Notes under the pieces: generated by a model
What the model was told of the DNA's origin: nothing
Database searches by the model: none
The model's input: only the letters and a program-made list of their open reading frames with translations
Assembly (NCBI GenBank): GCA_951406725.2
Contig: OX597815.1
Span: 182,156,001 to 182,220,000 of the forward strand
Source: Octopus vulgaris
Taxonomy: Eukaryota
Length of the DNA stretch: 64,000 bases
Reading direction: 5' to 3'
Position numbers and translations under genes: made by a program
Part shown: positions 12,433 through 23,813 of the stretch, in pieces
How positions within the stretch are numbered: position 1 is the stretch's first letter
How the letters are laid out: every line of letters starts with the position of its first letter

Positions 12433-13361
12433 ATAATCGTAATATTATTACCTGAAATAAAATGCCACAAAAACCAAGCTCGTCATAATTAACGCAACAC
12501 CCGTTCATAGCGAAAGCGCAAATTATGTCTTCATAACGCTATATTTAATTTATTCTGAAGCTGAACTTATGCCACGCGTGTCTAACGAGGTTATACGTAC
12601 TTTATACATGGAACTCTAAAAGGCAGACGAAATTGTAGCCACCTAAGATAAAAATAGTTGCTATTTAACGAGTTTTATCCTGAATTCCATACAATACATT
12701 AATATTTTATAATGATTGGGGAATCAATTATTTTATATATTTAATAATTAATATCAATGACTTTAGTTTTTTTTTGTGAGTGTGTTTACTTCTTTGTATA
12801 TTTGTGTTTTTGTCTGTGTGTGTGTGTGTGTGTTTACGTCTTTGTATATTTGTGTGTTTGTCTGTGTGTGTGTGTGTGTGTGTCTGTATGTGTGTATCTG
12901 TGTGCGTATTCATAGACAGCGTCAATTCTTCAGCAACTGACGGTCCAGCACTTCTTTTAATCCACACGTCGTAATGAGCAAGCACTTGATATTCCAGTGA
13001 ACCGTAAGACTAGTTCACTTGGTGATCACAGGTGACATCGTATTTCATTTGCAATTATCTGACTATTTATGACTGCTGCGATTTCGGTGATTCAGGGAAA
13101 TTCCTAATCACTTCTCCCTAATTAATAATTCTAAGCACAGTGCAAGTATCAATGGTGGTATGAAGTGTAAACACAAAGTCACATCTCACCATAGAATGTT
13201 AGAACTGTTCCACATTGTATTAGGCATTTGATAGTGGGTCAACATACGTGTTATGTTATTTAAAAACGAAAAGGCATGTAGTAATAACCTTCACAATATA
13301 ATGTAAAGAGCACTGCTAACACAGTAGAACATGGTGTTGAGTTATAAAAACATTTAATATA

Positions 13362-13927
13362 TTGGGTTGTCCGGAAAGTTCGTGTCGATTTTTAAAGTAA
13401 AGAAAAAGGTCAATAAATACTTGCCATTACATTTTTAATCAACCAAATATGAACCATTTTGTTGCACAATGCATCTCCATCTTTCTTTTAACTTGAAAAT
13501 ACCCTCTTCCCAGAAGTGAGGTGGTTTCATGGCAAAGAATTCATCAAGGTATCTTTTTACGTCATCCAAGGAATTGAAATTTTTACCATTAAGACTATTC
13601 TGCAGAGACCTGAATAAGTGAAAATCCGAAGGAACAATATCTGGTGAATATGGAGGGTGGGGTAACACACCCCAGCCGAGCTGCAGCAATTTTTGTCTGG
13701 TTCCCAAAGCATCAAGTGCCGAAAATGCACTTTCTTATCTTTGATTTTAAAGGGTTACAGAATTAAAACAGGTTACAGGAACATAAACCTTCTTCCTGGA
13801 AAAGATAGCTTAAACTGTGCTCTTAATGGAGGTGTAGTCAAATCCTATTTTATGGACTCAGCAATATTCTAAAATAAGTCGAAAGGTAAGCTGCTCTGAA
13901 TCGGCACGAACTTTCCGGACAACCCAA
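13362..13927 (-). mobile_element. internally deleted mariner transposon
   Basis: TIRs TTGGGTTGTCCGGAAAGTTCGTG(T/C)CGATT at both ends, with TA TSD. Confidence 0.92.
13435..13707 (-). pseudogene. mariner transposase C-terminal fragment
   Basis: LPHPPYSPDIVPSDFHLFRSLQNSL matches the mariner YSPDLAP(S)D motif carrying the last catalytic Asp; the N-terminal two thirds are missing. Confidence 0.92.
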
Positions 13928-14499
13928 TACTTTATAGTATATTATGGTTGCTTAACGAAATACAACGTGCCTACAAACCATTAAGAAAATATAACATTTC
14001 TTTACAGGAAATGATTCTCTAAGAAAAACTGTGGAAGCTGGCGAGAATACTGAATTTGATTGTATTGATGAAATAGGTTCAGCAACCTTGGAGGGACGAA
14101 GGTCGACTTGTCTGGTTGCATATTATCGGAAGAGTCTTAGTTGTGCGAGAGAGAACTTCGGGTAGATTGGGAATGTGGGGAAAACGATGGGATGGCTGAG
14201 AGGGTTTCAGTGATCTAAAGCAGCTTCCTTGTGCAAGTGTAATCAGTCGAAATCTCCGCATTACAGGATTCCAGTGGGTTTCATTGGTCACCAGGAGAGA
14301 ATGCGCACCATTATCGTGGTATTTCGTTAAGCAACCATAATTAGTGTTGCATACTAAGTCTGGCTGCTGCCAAAAAAGGCAAAGCACTCAATGGAACATT
14401 CCTGTGAAACGGGAGAAAGACATTGCGAGCAATTTAGGGTTGCATTGAGTAGCGTAGGTGATAACACTCTGAACTGAACACTGGATGCAGGAGATGACC

Positions 14500-14618
14500 A
14501 GCGTGGCCGCACCTTTGCAAAAGAGGCTAGGTCTCGAACAGGGTTGAAAAGCCATATCCATGATGGTTCAAGAGAAAAGTCAAGCGATAGCATTCCTCGA
14601 AATCGAGTTGTTGCCATC
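14500..14618 (+). mobile_element. short RTE-like LINE 3' end
   Basis: SRTGLKSHIH motif followed by a hairpin CTCGAAATCGAG and TGCCA, like 6815-7039. Confidence 0.4.
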
Positions 14619-15245
14619 ACGCATGTATATGTGTGTATGTGTGCCCGCGCGCGCGTGTGTACAAATACGCATGCGCGCTCACACATAAGAGTATGTGGGT
14701 TGAGTAAAATATATTGGTGCGTGATTTTATTTCTACGCTATCTAAACATACTACATAGTGAGGCATTTATTGGCTAATAATACAAAATAAATTCTATCAG
14801 CCAAACGGTTAATCTTAGCTGAAATTGAATTTTGTTTTATTATTTAGATTTGGTTGTTGGCTAAAATATCTTCAGTTTAAGAAATTGTTGGGAAAATGTG
14901 TAGAGATGTTCAAAAATATCTGCCTTATAAAAATTTACCCTTTCTTTTGTTTTCTAGTGATTTTTACATTATCTTCCAAATTTCTATTTTCTTGGAATTA
15001 ATTAACTTTTTTCTGTTATCAAATCAAGACTGTTAATTTATCCGTTTTCATTCAATTATCTTGGCATCTGACAGATCTAATACTACAGATCATTGAACAT
15101 TTGCTAAATTCCAAGCAATACCCACATATTTATTTCATTTGACGAGTGACTTCTTGATAGAAGCTGGAAAAAAGTGTTATGCGAACTGATCAAATATAGC
15201 TTTTTCATATATTAAGATGTCTGCTGTAGAATGGTGTTTATATGT

Positions 15246-15468
15246 ATTTCTTTACTACCCAGAAGGGACTAAACACAGAGGGGACAAACAAGGACAGACA
15301 AACGGATTAAGTTGATTACATCGACCCCAGTGTGAGACTGGTACTTGATTTATCGACCCCGAAAAGATGAAAGGCAAAGTCGACCTCGGCGGAATTTGAA
15401 CTCGGAACGTAACGACAGACGAAATACTGCTAAGTTTTTCGCTAACGATTCTGCCAGCTCGCCGCCTT
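15246..15468 (-). mobile_element. SINE family A monomer
   Basis: Match to family A with a short deletion in the head. Confidence 0.85.
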
Positions 15469-16190
15469 ATAAAACAACCGAGGAATCCGATACAAGTTTC
15501 CTGTGAAGCGGAGAAAGACATTGCTTGCAATTTAGGGTTGCATTGAGTAGCGAAATATTTGAAAATATTTACATCCTACAGTAGACAGATCATAACAGCT
15601 GCAGATATAATGCACTGCAATACATCATAGCAGCTGTTCTTTTGATATATTAGAATGCATCACACTGAAACATCTGCTCTGGTGTATTAGAATCTTTGAC
15701 GGAATCAACTGCTTTTATGTATCATAACATATCATATCTGTTGCTTTTATCTTTCTTGATAAAATTACTCACAATTCTACCATTTATGATCATTTATAAG
15801 TGATTTTTCAAATCTATAGAATGGGTCTTGAAACTTAAACGGTTTCCGTTTCTGAGATCAGTTTTCTGTGTCATTCGCAACAAAATACAAAAGCAAGTTC
15901 ATTCAGACGAAATGGAGCGCGTGCCGGAGGTTAAGAAAATCTGCAAACATTTTGTTACTTCAAAGATATCCTGTCGACATCTTCTTCATTTTATCTTTAT
16001 CATTTTAGAATTTACTTCCACTGTTGGAATACCTTTTCGCTTGGATGTGTGGTAAGAAGTTTGATTCCCAACCACATTGTCCCGTGTTCAATCTCACTAC
16101 ATTGCCCCTTGAGCAAGTATCTTCTACTATAGTCTAGGCCCGAGAGTGGATTTGATAGACGGAAACTCAAAGAAGCCCGTTGTGTATAAG

Positions 16191-16259
<69 letters not shown>

Positions 16260-16295
16260 TATATATATATATGTATATATATATATTTATATATA

Positions 16296-16829
16296 CATAC
16301 GCGGTGAAGCTACACATTAGCGTCGTATTTTTACGTTCGCTATTTCCAGTAAATAACGGTACTTAGTTGTGCCATTTATTTACTAATTTGTGTATTTTTC
16401 CCTCACGGGCTACTTTTTACTGGAAGGCAATACTTTGTATTGCATTACTGATATTTTGAAACTTCTTCACCGTTTCTCGTACTGTTAGCGTTCCGCATTT
16501 CAGTCGAGTGTGTTAGTATTAATGTGGTAACATCGTAGATTTCGTCTTGGTATATGTTTGGCTGATGAAGGTAAAACAAAATATGGGTGAGAGACATATC
16601 TTGTAAAACCTGAAACCTGCAGGTACCACATTATCCTTTTCCGGGTGTTTCATCTTTCAGATGTTCTCCCTGGAGGTAAGACAGTTTTTTTTCTCTAATT
16701 TGTTGCACACACGCATTTTTGCTAATACATACGCGGTGAAGCTACACATTAGCGTCGTATTTTTACGTTCGCTATTTCCAGTAAATAACGATACTTAGTT
16801 GTGCCATTTATTTACTAATTTGTATATTT
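16296..16829 (+). mobile_element. retrozyme-like or Penelope pLTR-like element with about 100-bp terminal direct repeats
   Basis: CATACGCGGTGAAGCTACAC...TACTAATTTGT at 16296-16397 and 16728-16829 (2 differences seen); period 432 bp; internal hammerhead. Confidence 0.75.
16559..16628 (+). ncRNA. type I hammerhead ribozyme motif
   Basis: TGG-CTGATGA-AGGT...ACCT-GAAA-CCTGCAGG-TA-CCA; palindromic stem III ACCTGCAGGT; extended stem II ACAAAATATG/CATATCTTGT. Confidence 0.8.
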
Positions 16830-16903
16830 ATATATATATATAATATGAGGGAATATAATTTAAGTTTTCATTATTGAATGGATAAAAGGTGTTTTTTTTT
16901 CTA

Positions 16904-16983
<80 letters not shown>

Positions 16984-17475
16984 CATGTGTGCGCGCATGT
17001 TTGAGTATGTGTGTTGGTGTGTCTACGTCCTAATAGCCTAGCGGTTCGGCAAAAGGTACAATAGAATGTGTACTAGGGTCGATAGGACTGACTAAAATCC
17101 TTCAAGGTAGTACCCCAGCATGGCCGCAGTCTAATGATTGAAACAAGTAAAAGATAAAAGTGCTTTAACATTAAACTGTTCTTACTTCTCCTTTACACAT
17201 GGAGCACATCGCTGTGGTTGGGGCAATATATGACAATAGTCTTCATGTGGTGAGAATTAAGGTATTAAGTTCATACCAACTGTGTTCTACCCCGGCATTG
17301 AAAACACGAAGCCAAATAACAGCTGCAGAGGTTGTTGATTAAACATATAAGCGAGTGAGAGTAGTCAAATGAAACTTTTAACTGTTTGTTTTAATAGAAG
17401 CTTACAGTATGGTTGGTGTTCTTACTCTTATTATTTCTTGTGATACGCGTAAAACGTCAAAGATTATAGCGTTCT

Positions 17476-17546
17476 GTCTTAATAACTGATGAGATGCCGG
17501 AGCAGACTTCATCCCCGGTATTCGAAACTCTGAGTTTTATTATGAC
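17476..17546 (+). ncRNA. type I hammerhead ribozyme motif
   Basis: TAATAA-CTGATGA-GATGCCGG...CCGGTATTC-GAAA-CTCTGAG-TT-TTATTA; stem I extends GTC/GAC. Confidence 0.8.
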
Positions 17547-17705
17547 AACCAACTAATTGTCACATATTATATTTATAGATAAATTCCTCTATTTTATATA
17601 ATATCGAGGTCTCATTCATTCTTTTGTTGTCATATTATTATTATCATTATTATTAATATGATATGATATAATATAATATAATATAATATAATATAATATA
17701 ATATA

Positions 17706-17754
<49 letters not shown>

Positions 17755-17934
17755 TATTTTTATTATGCCCGAGAGAGATAAACTGAGTGTGTATGAAGAT
17801 GGTGTATACGAGTATTTGGCAACCACCACTGGCTTTTTAAACTATAGTATACTTCAGTTATATCCACGTGAAGAATATATATATATAGGCATATTCCCCA
17901 CCACACATATACACGCATATATATTCTTTTTTCT

Positions 17935-18361
17935 TTTATTCTTTTATATGTTTCAGTCATTTTGACTGCGGCCATGCTTGAGCACCGCCTTTAGTCGATC
18001 AAATCGATCCCAGGAGTTATTCTTTGTAAGCCTAGTACGTATTCTATTGGTGTATTTTGCCGAACCGCTAAGTTACGGGGACGTAAACACACCAGCATCG
18101 GTTGTCAAGTGATTTTTTTGGGGGGAATACACACATAGAAATATATACACGCATATATAGATTTATACACACACATACACACACACACACATATATATAT
18201 ATACGACGAGCTTCTTTCAGTTTCTGTCTACCAAATCCATTCAGAAGACTTTGATCGGCTCTAGGCTATAGTAGAAGATACTTGCTCAAGGTGCCACGCA
18301 GTGAGAATGAACCCGAAACCATGTGGTTGGTAAACAAGCTGCTTACCACACAGCCACTCCT

Positions 18362-18365
<4 letters not shown>
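17935..18365 (-). mobile_element. SINE family B, full length
   Basis: Reverse complement begins GCGCAGGAGTGGCTGTGTGGTAAG and ends CAGTCAAAATGACTGAAAC. Confidence 0.85.
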
Positions 18366-18415
<50 letters not shown>

Positions 18416-18502
18416 AAGGGTGAAAAGGAACACACGAGTTGATATATATGAAAAAACAAGTCAAAAATAGAAAATGCTAAAATAATTTTATAGTGAACAT
18501 TT

Positions 18503-18540
18503 CAGTACCGGTTTCGGTCATTTTGAGACCTTTTCAACTG
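18503..18540 (-). ncRNA. hammerhead motif, U3-A8 core variant (left arm)
   Basis: Exact reverse complement of 18803-18840. Confidence 0.7.
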
Positions 18541-18802
18541 TAACGATTAAATAATTAAATTTAGAAAAATTAGAAGAAAAGTTTTTTTAAAGGAATATTT
18601 CTATAGTAGTGTTCAGATATAAGTGGCATTCTGCCTTTCTCTGACTCCCTTGTTTGCACTTGTGTGTTCGAGGTCGAACACACAAGTGCAAACAAGGAGT
18701 CAGAGAAAGGCAGAATGCCACTTATATCTGAACACTACTATAGAAATATTCCTTTAAAAAACTTTTCTTCTAATTTTTCTAAATTTAATTATTTAATCGT
18801 TA

Positions 18803-18840
18803 CAGTTGAAAAGGTCTCAAAATGACCGAAACCGGTACTG
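18803..18840 (+). ncRNA. hammerhead motif, U3-A8 core variant (right arm)
   Basis: CAG-TTGAAAA-GGTC-TCAAAAT-GACC-GAAA-CCGG-TA-CTG. Confidence 0.7.
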
Positions 18841-18884
18841 AAAATGTTCACTATAAAATTATTTTAGCTATTTTTGACTTGTTT

Positions 18885-18964
<80 letters not shown>

Positions 18965-18979
18965 ATATATATATGCATG

Positions 18980-19016
<37 letters not shown>

Positions 19017-19312
19017 TGACGTGCTGGTTACCTCCTACAGCTGAACTACTGTTTTAGTACCTACATTCACAACACCTACTGAATATTGACTCCATATTTA
19101 GTCAGACACAGAATAAGAGAAAAAAATCAATATTTAATGCATAAAATATCAGGATATGAAATGACAAAGTATGATAGCATTTCCACCAACAACTCAGTTA
19201 AATACTTCTTATGACGGAATTCGTTTTACTAAGAACTTTCTATCTTCTATAGATTTTGTTGTTTCCGTCTAATAATTTTTTCGTAATTTAAAAATGTATA
19301 TTTCACAAAAAA

Positions 19313-19313
<1 letters not shown>

Positions 19314-19402
<89 letters not shown>

Positions 19403-19450
19403 TATATAAATATATATATAAATATATATATATAAATATATATAAAATAT

Positions 19451-19539
<89 letters not shown>

Positions 19540-19618
19540 TATATAAATATATATATATATAATATATATATATATAAACATATATAAATATATATATAAA
19601 TATATATAAATATATATA

Positions 19619-19675
<57 letters not shown>
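19314..19675. repeat. long (TA)n microsatellite
   Basis: Direct reading; explains the YIYI ORFs. Confidence 0.95.
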
Positions 19676-19683
<8 letters not shown>

Positions 19684-19696
19684 GTATATATATGTG

Positions 19697-20026
19697 TGAA
19701 GACGAATGGCTCAGTGTTTAGAACGTTGAGCTTACGATCGTGAGGTTGTGTGTTCGATTCTCGGACCGGGCTGCGTGTTGTGTTCTTGAGCAAGACACTT
19801 TATTTCATGTTGCTCCAGTTCACTCAGCTGTAGAAATGAGTTGCGACATTACTGGTGCCAAGCTGTATCGGCCGTTACTTTTCCCTTGGATAACATCAGT
19901 AGTGTGAAGAGGGGAGGCTTGCATGCATGTGCGACTGTTGGCCTCCCATAAACAACCTTGCCCGGACTTGTGCCACAGTGGGTAACTGTCTAGGTGCAAT
20001 CCCATGGTCATCCATGACAGAAGGGG

Positions 20027-20030
<4 letters not shown>
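19697..20030 (+). mobile_element. SINE family D (tRNA-derived)
   Basis: TGGCTCAGTGTTTAG...GTTCGATTCTC...TTCTTGAGCAAGACACTT; homologous to 37165-37495 on the minus strand. Confidence 0.75.
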
Positions 20031-20073
<43 letters not shown>

Positions 20074-20344
20074 TATGATACTCAACGCTGAGGTGAAGAT
20101 ATCATTTTTGTAGTCTTTTAGACCACAATCCATTCTATTTAGCAGAAAGGTTTTGTGCGCAAGAGCGTATGTATGTCCATTTATTCCCTTTCTTCCTTTC
20201 TTTCTTATGCAGCTATCGCCCCTTCTCTACTTCAAATCTATGTGGTTGACTATTTCATCTACGTTGCTCATTCACCGAAAGCTTTGCTTTCAAATTTTTC
20301 CTTTCCTTTCTCTTTCTACCCATAATCCTCTCTGGTTTCCTATA

Positions 20345-20558
20345 ATAGTTTCAAATTTTGGCACAAGGCCTGCAATTTTAAGGGAAGGGGTACGTTGATA
20401 TCATTGCCTCCAATACTTGTCCGGTAGTTATTTTGTTGACCCCGAAAAGATGAAGAGCAAAATTGACGTCTGTAGAATTTGAACTCAGAGCGTAAATCGG
20501 AAGAAATGTCAACAAGTATTTTGTCCATCTCGGTACCGATTCTGCCAGTTCGCCGCCT
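20345..20558 (-). mobile_element. SINE family A, older copy with third tail type
   Basis: Head GGCGGCGAACTGGCAGAATCG; tail GGCCTTGTGCCAAAATTTGAAAC. Confidence 0.7.
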
Positions 20559-21039
20559 TCCTGACTCCCTTTAACATTATCGGTTAAAACCTACGTTAGA
20601 ATGCTACGTTCAATGAATTCTTCTCCATGGATTTGCAATTTTAATGTTTATTTCATTATCTTTGAGTCGCCAATGGCAAAATGTGCACCACTCGTACAGA
20701 GACATGCTTTATACTTAGATCGCTGGAGATTGATACACAGCTGGATGCAAAATAATTGAGAAGGTTCTGTTTCCTATACCATCAAGTATAGTAGTGTTCA
20801 TTGTATCATGCTGCTAAATTGCTGTGAACCATCCAGTCTGTTTCAAGTTTTGCTCACGCGTTGTCATGACTCTGCCGAAGCGTTCCAGTATGGAAAATGG
20901 GTATACTGATACCGTCTCTGTCGACTAAATTAAAATAAATATGAAACCCTCGTCAATTCTACTCCATGAAACACACCATCTTCCGTTCAACGCATAACGA
21001 CCAGCAAAGTTGATGGTAGCAGATATTCCGCCAGACAGT

Positions 21040-21830
21040 TTAGACATTTTCATGCTCTTCTATAAGTTTGCTTGGATAAACAATTAGTAAAGCGGCATAT
21101 CGCTTTCTGTTGTGTAATAAAACAGGTTTCAATCTTGTTTTGGAGTGGTTATAAAGAGTTGCCAATGTGTTCGATATTTTGGCAGTCCTGTCTGCAGAAA
21201 AGTCTGGGCGTGTTGTTGCTGTAGCTAAGGTCTTCATAGTTAATGATGTTAGGACGCTAAAGATAAGACGAACTGCTTTGAGAGACTAAGGTCTTATTTA
21301 GATCCAACTATTCTAATGTCCAAGGACTTCGTATTCATTTTCACAACTCCTAACTGTTGTAGACACTAAACTACATATCTTCAACACATGACAAAGGAAG
21401 TTCAGACATAGAGGTATGCATTGGCATGAGAATTTCTGTGCAGATTCCAAAGCATTTAAGAATGGCATTCCCGTGCATAATGTTTTATTTGTAGCAATGA
21501 AAGTTTTTCGTATTAACGACACAAAAATATCAATCTGTCATTGTGGTGGTTTGTCGCTCTTGCTACCGCATAGTTGCTCCAAAATTTAATTTGTTCTGAC
21601 GATTTGTCCACCGCAGAGGGGTTTTTGTTTTTACATAGACTTTGCATAACCTATGCGTTGCCTATGACATACTTTGGTGTCCACAGTTTACACCAGAATA
21701 AATGAAATATGTCTCTTTTACATATGTTTCTATGCTCTTTATAGTATATTCGCCATAGATGCGGCAGAATACGATTTGATTGGTCAATCAGGCTCTCTGT
21801 AATGAACTCATTTTTACATCTTTGCCTACA
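21040..21830 (-). pseudogene. highly decayed Chapaev3-like (CMC) transposase
   Basis: Ordered motifs GVNCGHQSMS*ATHRLCK, FGATMR*QE..TD*YFCVVN and SKTRLKPVLLHNRKRYAAL resemble recalled Chapaev3 motifs GDQDKxWAPHxxC, VPMVWREPxxHxxDCYFC and SKRSLKAVLLHNGN. Confidence 0.6.
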
Positions 21831-22384
21831 AAAATATAAAATCAGAGAGAATTTAAAATTTAGGTTAGCATCAAAAATGAATTAGATAGTTATGTAGAAT
21901 AGAAAAATATGTAGATAAAAACCTTGCTTACCAAAATATCTTCAAATATATTTGTAAAACTGAACGATTCAGTGATATTGTCAAATATGGCATACCATGA
22001 AGGTCATCCTCAGCCGGCCGATTTGACGAGTGTCAAAGTGTTATGACTTCTGACTTTATCAAACGGAACTCACCTCCTAACCTATATTTCAATCTGATTC
22101 GGGAAAACTCATGTATATCATACGGAGCAACAATGTAAATTGAAGGCAAAGAGTCAATCAGATAAAATCGGTGTCATTTTTGGATTCGGCGCTTCAAATT
22201 ACCAGAAATTCATTCGAATGTTATTGACAACGAAACGAAAAACAAAACATTCTTGGTCAGTTTTATTGATGAAATATTATCTTCAGAACTGAATGATTTC
22301 AATTATTTTACCTTCAGATAGAGACTCGATACGTTCTCACGATTTGCTAAAAACTGCAGTCAAATATCTTGATAATCTATTTTA

Positions 22385-22665
22385 TTGGCATCCTTTCTGT
22401 CTCGGGAGACAATGGAGTTGCGCATGAAGTAGTCTAGTCCGGCTTTTATATTTCATTTCCTGCTGTGGCTGTGTAGTCCTATCCTGGACAAACACTCCCT
22501 CTGGCAGGTACCGCAAATGTAGCGAAGACTGTTCCTGGCTGGTTGTAGTGCCATGGTCTCTTGTTTACGTCTCTTCCTTTCTTTCCATTTCTCCTCTCTC
22601 TCTCTGTCACTCCTTTGTATTCCCTCTTTTACGGTACGCCGCCATTCTCCACGGTTGCCGGCATC
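22385..22665 (-). mobile_element. RTE/BovB-type LINE 3' end
   Basis: NRGEWRRTVKEGI...YICGTCQRECLSRIGLHSHSRK*, then short 3' UTR CCATTGTCTCCCGAGACAGAAAGGATGCCAA. Confidence 0.8.
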
Positions 22666-22885
22666 TATTTTAAAATCTATTTTAAACGACAAACAAAAAC
22701 TAGACGATCTGACACATTTATATATTCAATATTAAAAAACAACATGAACAACTACACAAAAATAAATTAAGAACTTTGCGTGTTATTAAGCGGTTAAAAT
22801 GGCTATTATACGATATACTTGCTTCAGTTTCAAAATACGGCTTTAAATCAAACCATTTGTCAAACCAGTACAACTTCGAAATATC

Positions 22886-23093
22886 GGTTTCAAATTTTGG
22901 CACAAAGCCAGCAATTTCCAAGGATAGAGTAAGTCGATTACATAAATCTCAGTACTTGTCTGGTATTTATTTTATCGACCACGAAAGGATGAAAGTCAAA
23001 GTCGACAGAATTTGAACTCGGAGCGTAAAGACAGACGAAATGTCGCTAAGTATTTTACCCGGTGTGCTAACGATTCTGTCATTTCGCCGCCTT
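22886..23093 (-). mobile_element. SINE family A, third tail type
   Basis: Family A body with GGCTTTGTGCCAAAATTTGAAACC tail. Confidence 0.75.
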
Positions 23094-23409
23094 ACAATTC
23101 TGACATATAATTACGCTGTTAATAAAATTTTCCAGCAAATATATTTACCTCACCTGAATCTAATTATTTCATCAAGCGCAATAATATTTCTTAAATTCTT
23201 CCTTCTTTCATAACGATAAATGAATATTGGTTTCAAAATTAATAGTCTAGACCAGAAGAGAAACTATATATAATCTGTAAGAAACTGAATGTCTATGTTT
23301 TAAACGTGTTATTAAGCGTGTTCAGATGTGGTTTCAATTGATACAATCTTATTCATTGTCAAGCTTTATTGTTCCTAGAGACAGTGTAGACATTGTAGGT
23401 CACTCGTTC

Positions 23410-23813
23410 GGCAGAAACGTTAGCACGCCGGGCGAAATGCTTAGCCGTATTTCGTCTGCCGTTACGTTCTGAGTTTAAATTCCGCCGAGGTCGACTTTGC
23501 CTTTCATCCTTTCGGGCTCGATTAAATAAGTACCAGTTACGCACTGGGATCGATATAATCGACTTAATCCGTTTGTCTGTCCTTGTTTGTCCCCCCTGTG
23601 TTTAGCCCCTTGTGGGTAGTAAAGAAATAGGTATTTCGCCCGTCGCTATGTTCTGAGTTCAAATTCCGCCGAGGTCGACTTTGCCTTTTATCCTTTCGGA
23701 GTCGATAAATTAAGTACCAGTTGCACACTAGGGTCGATGTAATTGACTTAATCCGTTTTGCCTGTCCTTGTTTGTCCCTTCTATGTTTAGCCCCTTGTGG
23801 GTAATAAAGAAAC
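23410..23813 (+). mobile_element. SINE family A dimer
   Basis: 13-bp TSD AGGTCACTCGTTC at 23397-23409 and 23814-23826. Confidence 0.9.

Larger units (their letters stand above)
16040..17160 (+). mobile_element. SINE family B split by insertions in its internal microsatellite
   Basis: 5' half at 16040-16190 (TGTGTGGTAAGAAG...GAAGCCCGT) and 3' half at about 17010-17160 (GCGGTTCGGCAAAAG...GAAACAAGTAAAAG). Confidence 0.65.
18416..18895. mobile_element. near-perfect palindrome of a Penelope pLTR 3' segment
   Basis: Arms of about 225 bp centred on TTCGA-GG-TCGAA (18672-18673); arm sequence homologous to about 54625-54845, downstream of a GIY-YIG remnant. Confidence 0.85.

Noticed and set aside
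14007-14164. Exon-like open stretch after TTTCTTTACAG (NDSLRKTVEAGENTEFDCIDEIG...)
   Set aside because: No convincing donor or recognisable domain, and it lies in a region sharing pieces with other loci
19247-19793. Long YIYI/CVCV ORFs (also 31330-31946, 51716-52142 and 54934-55448)
   Set aside because: Translations of (TA)n and (TG)n microsatellites
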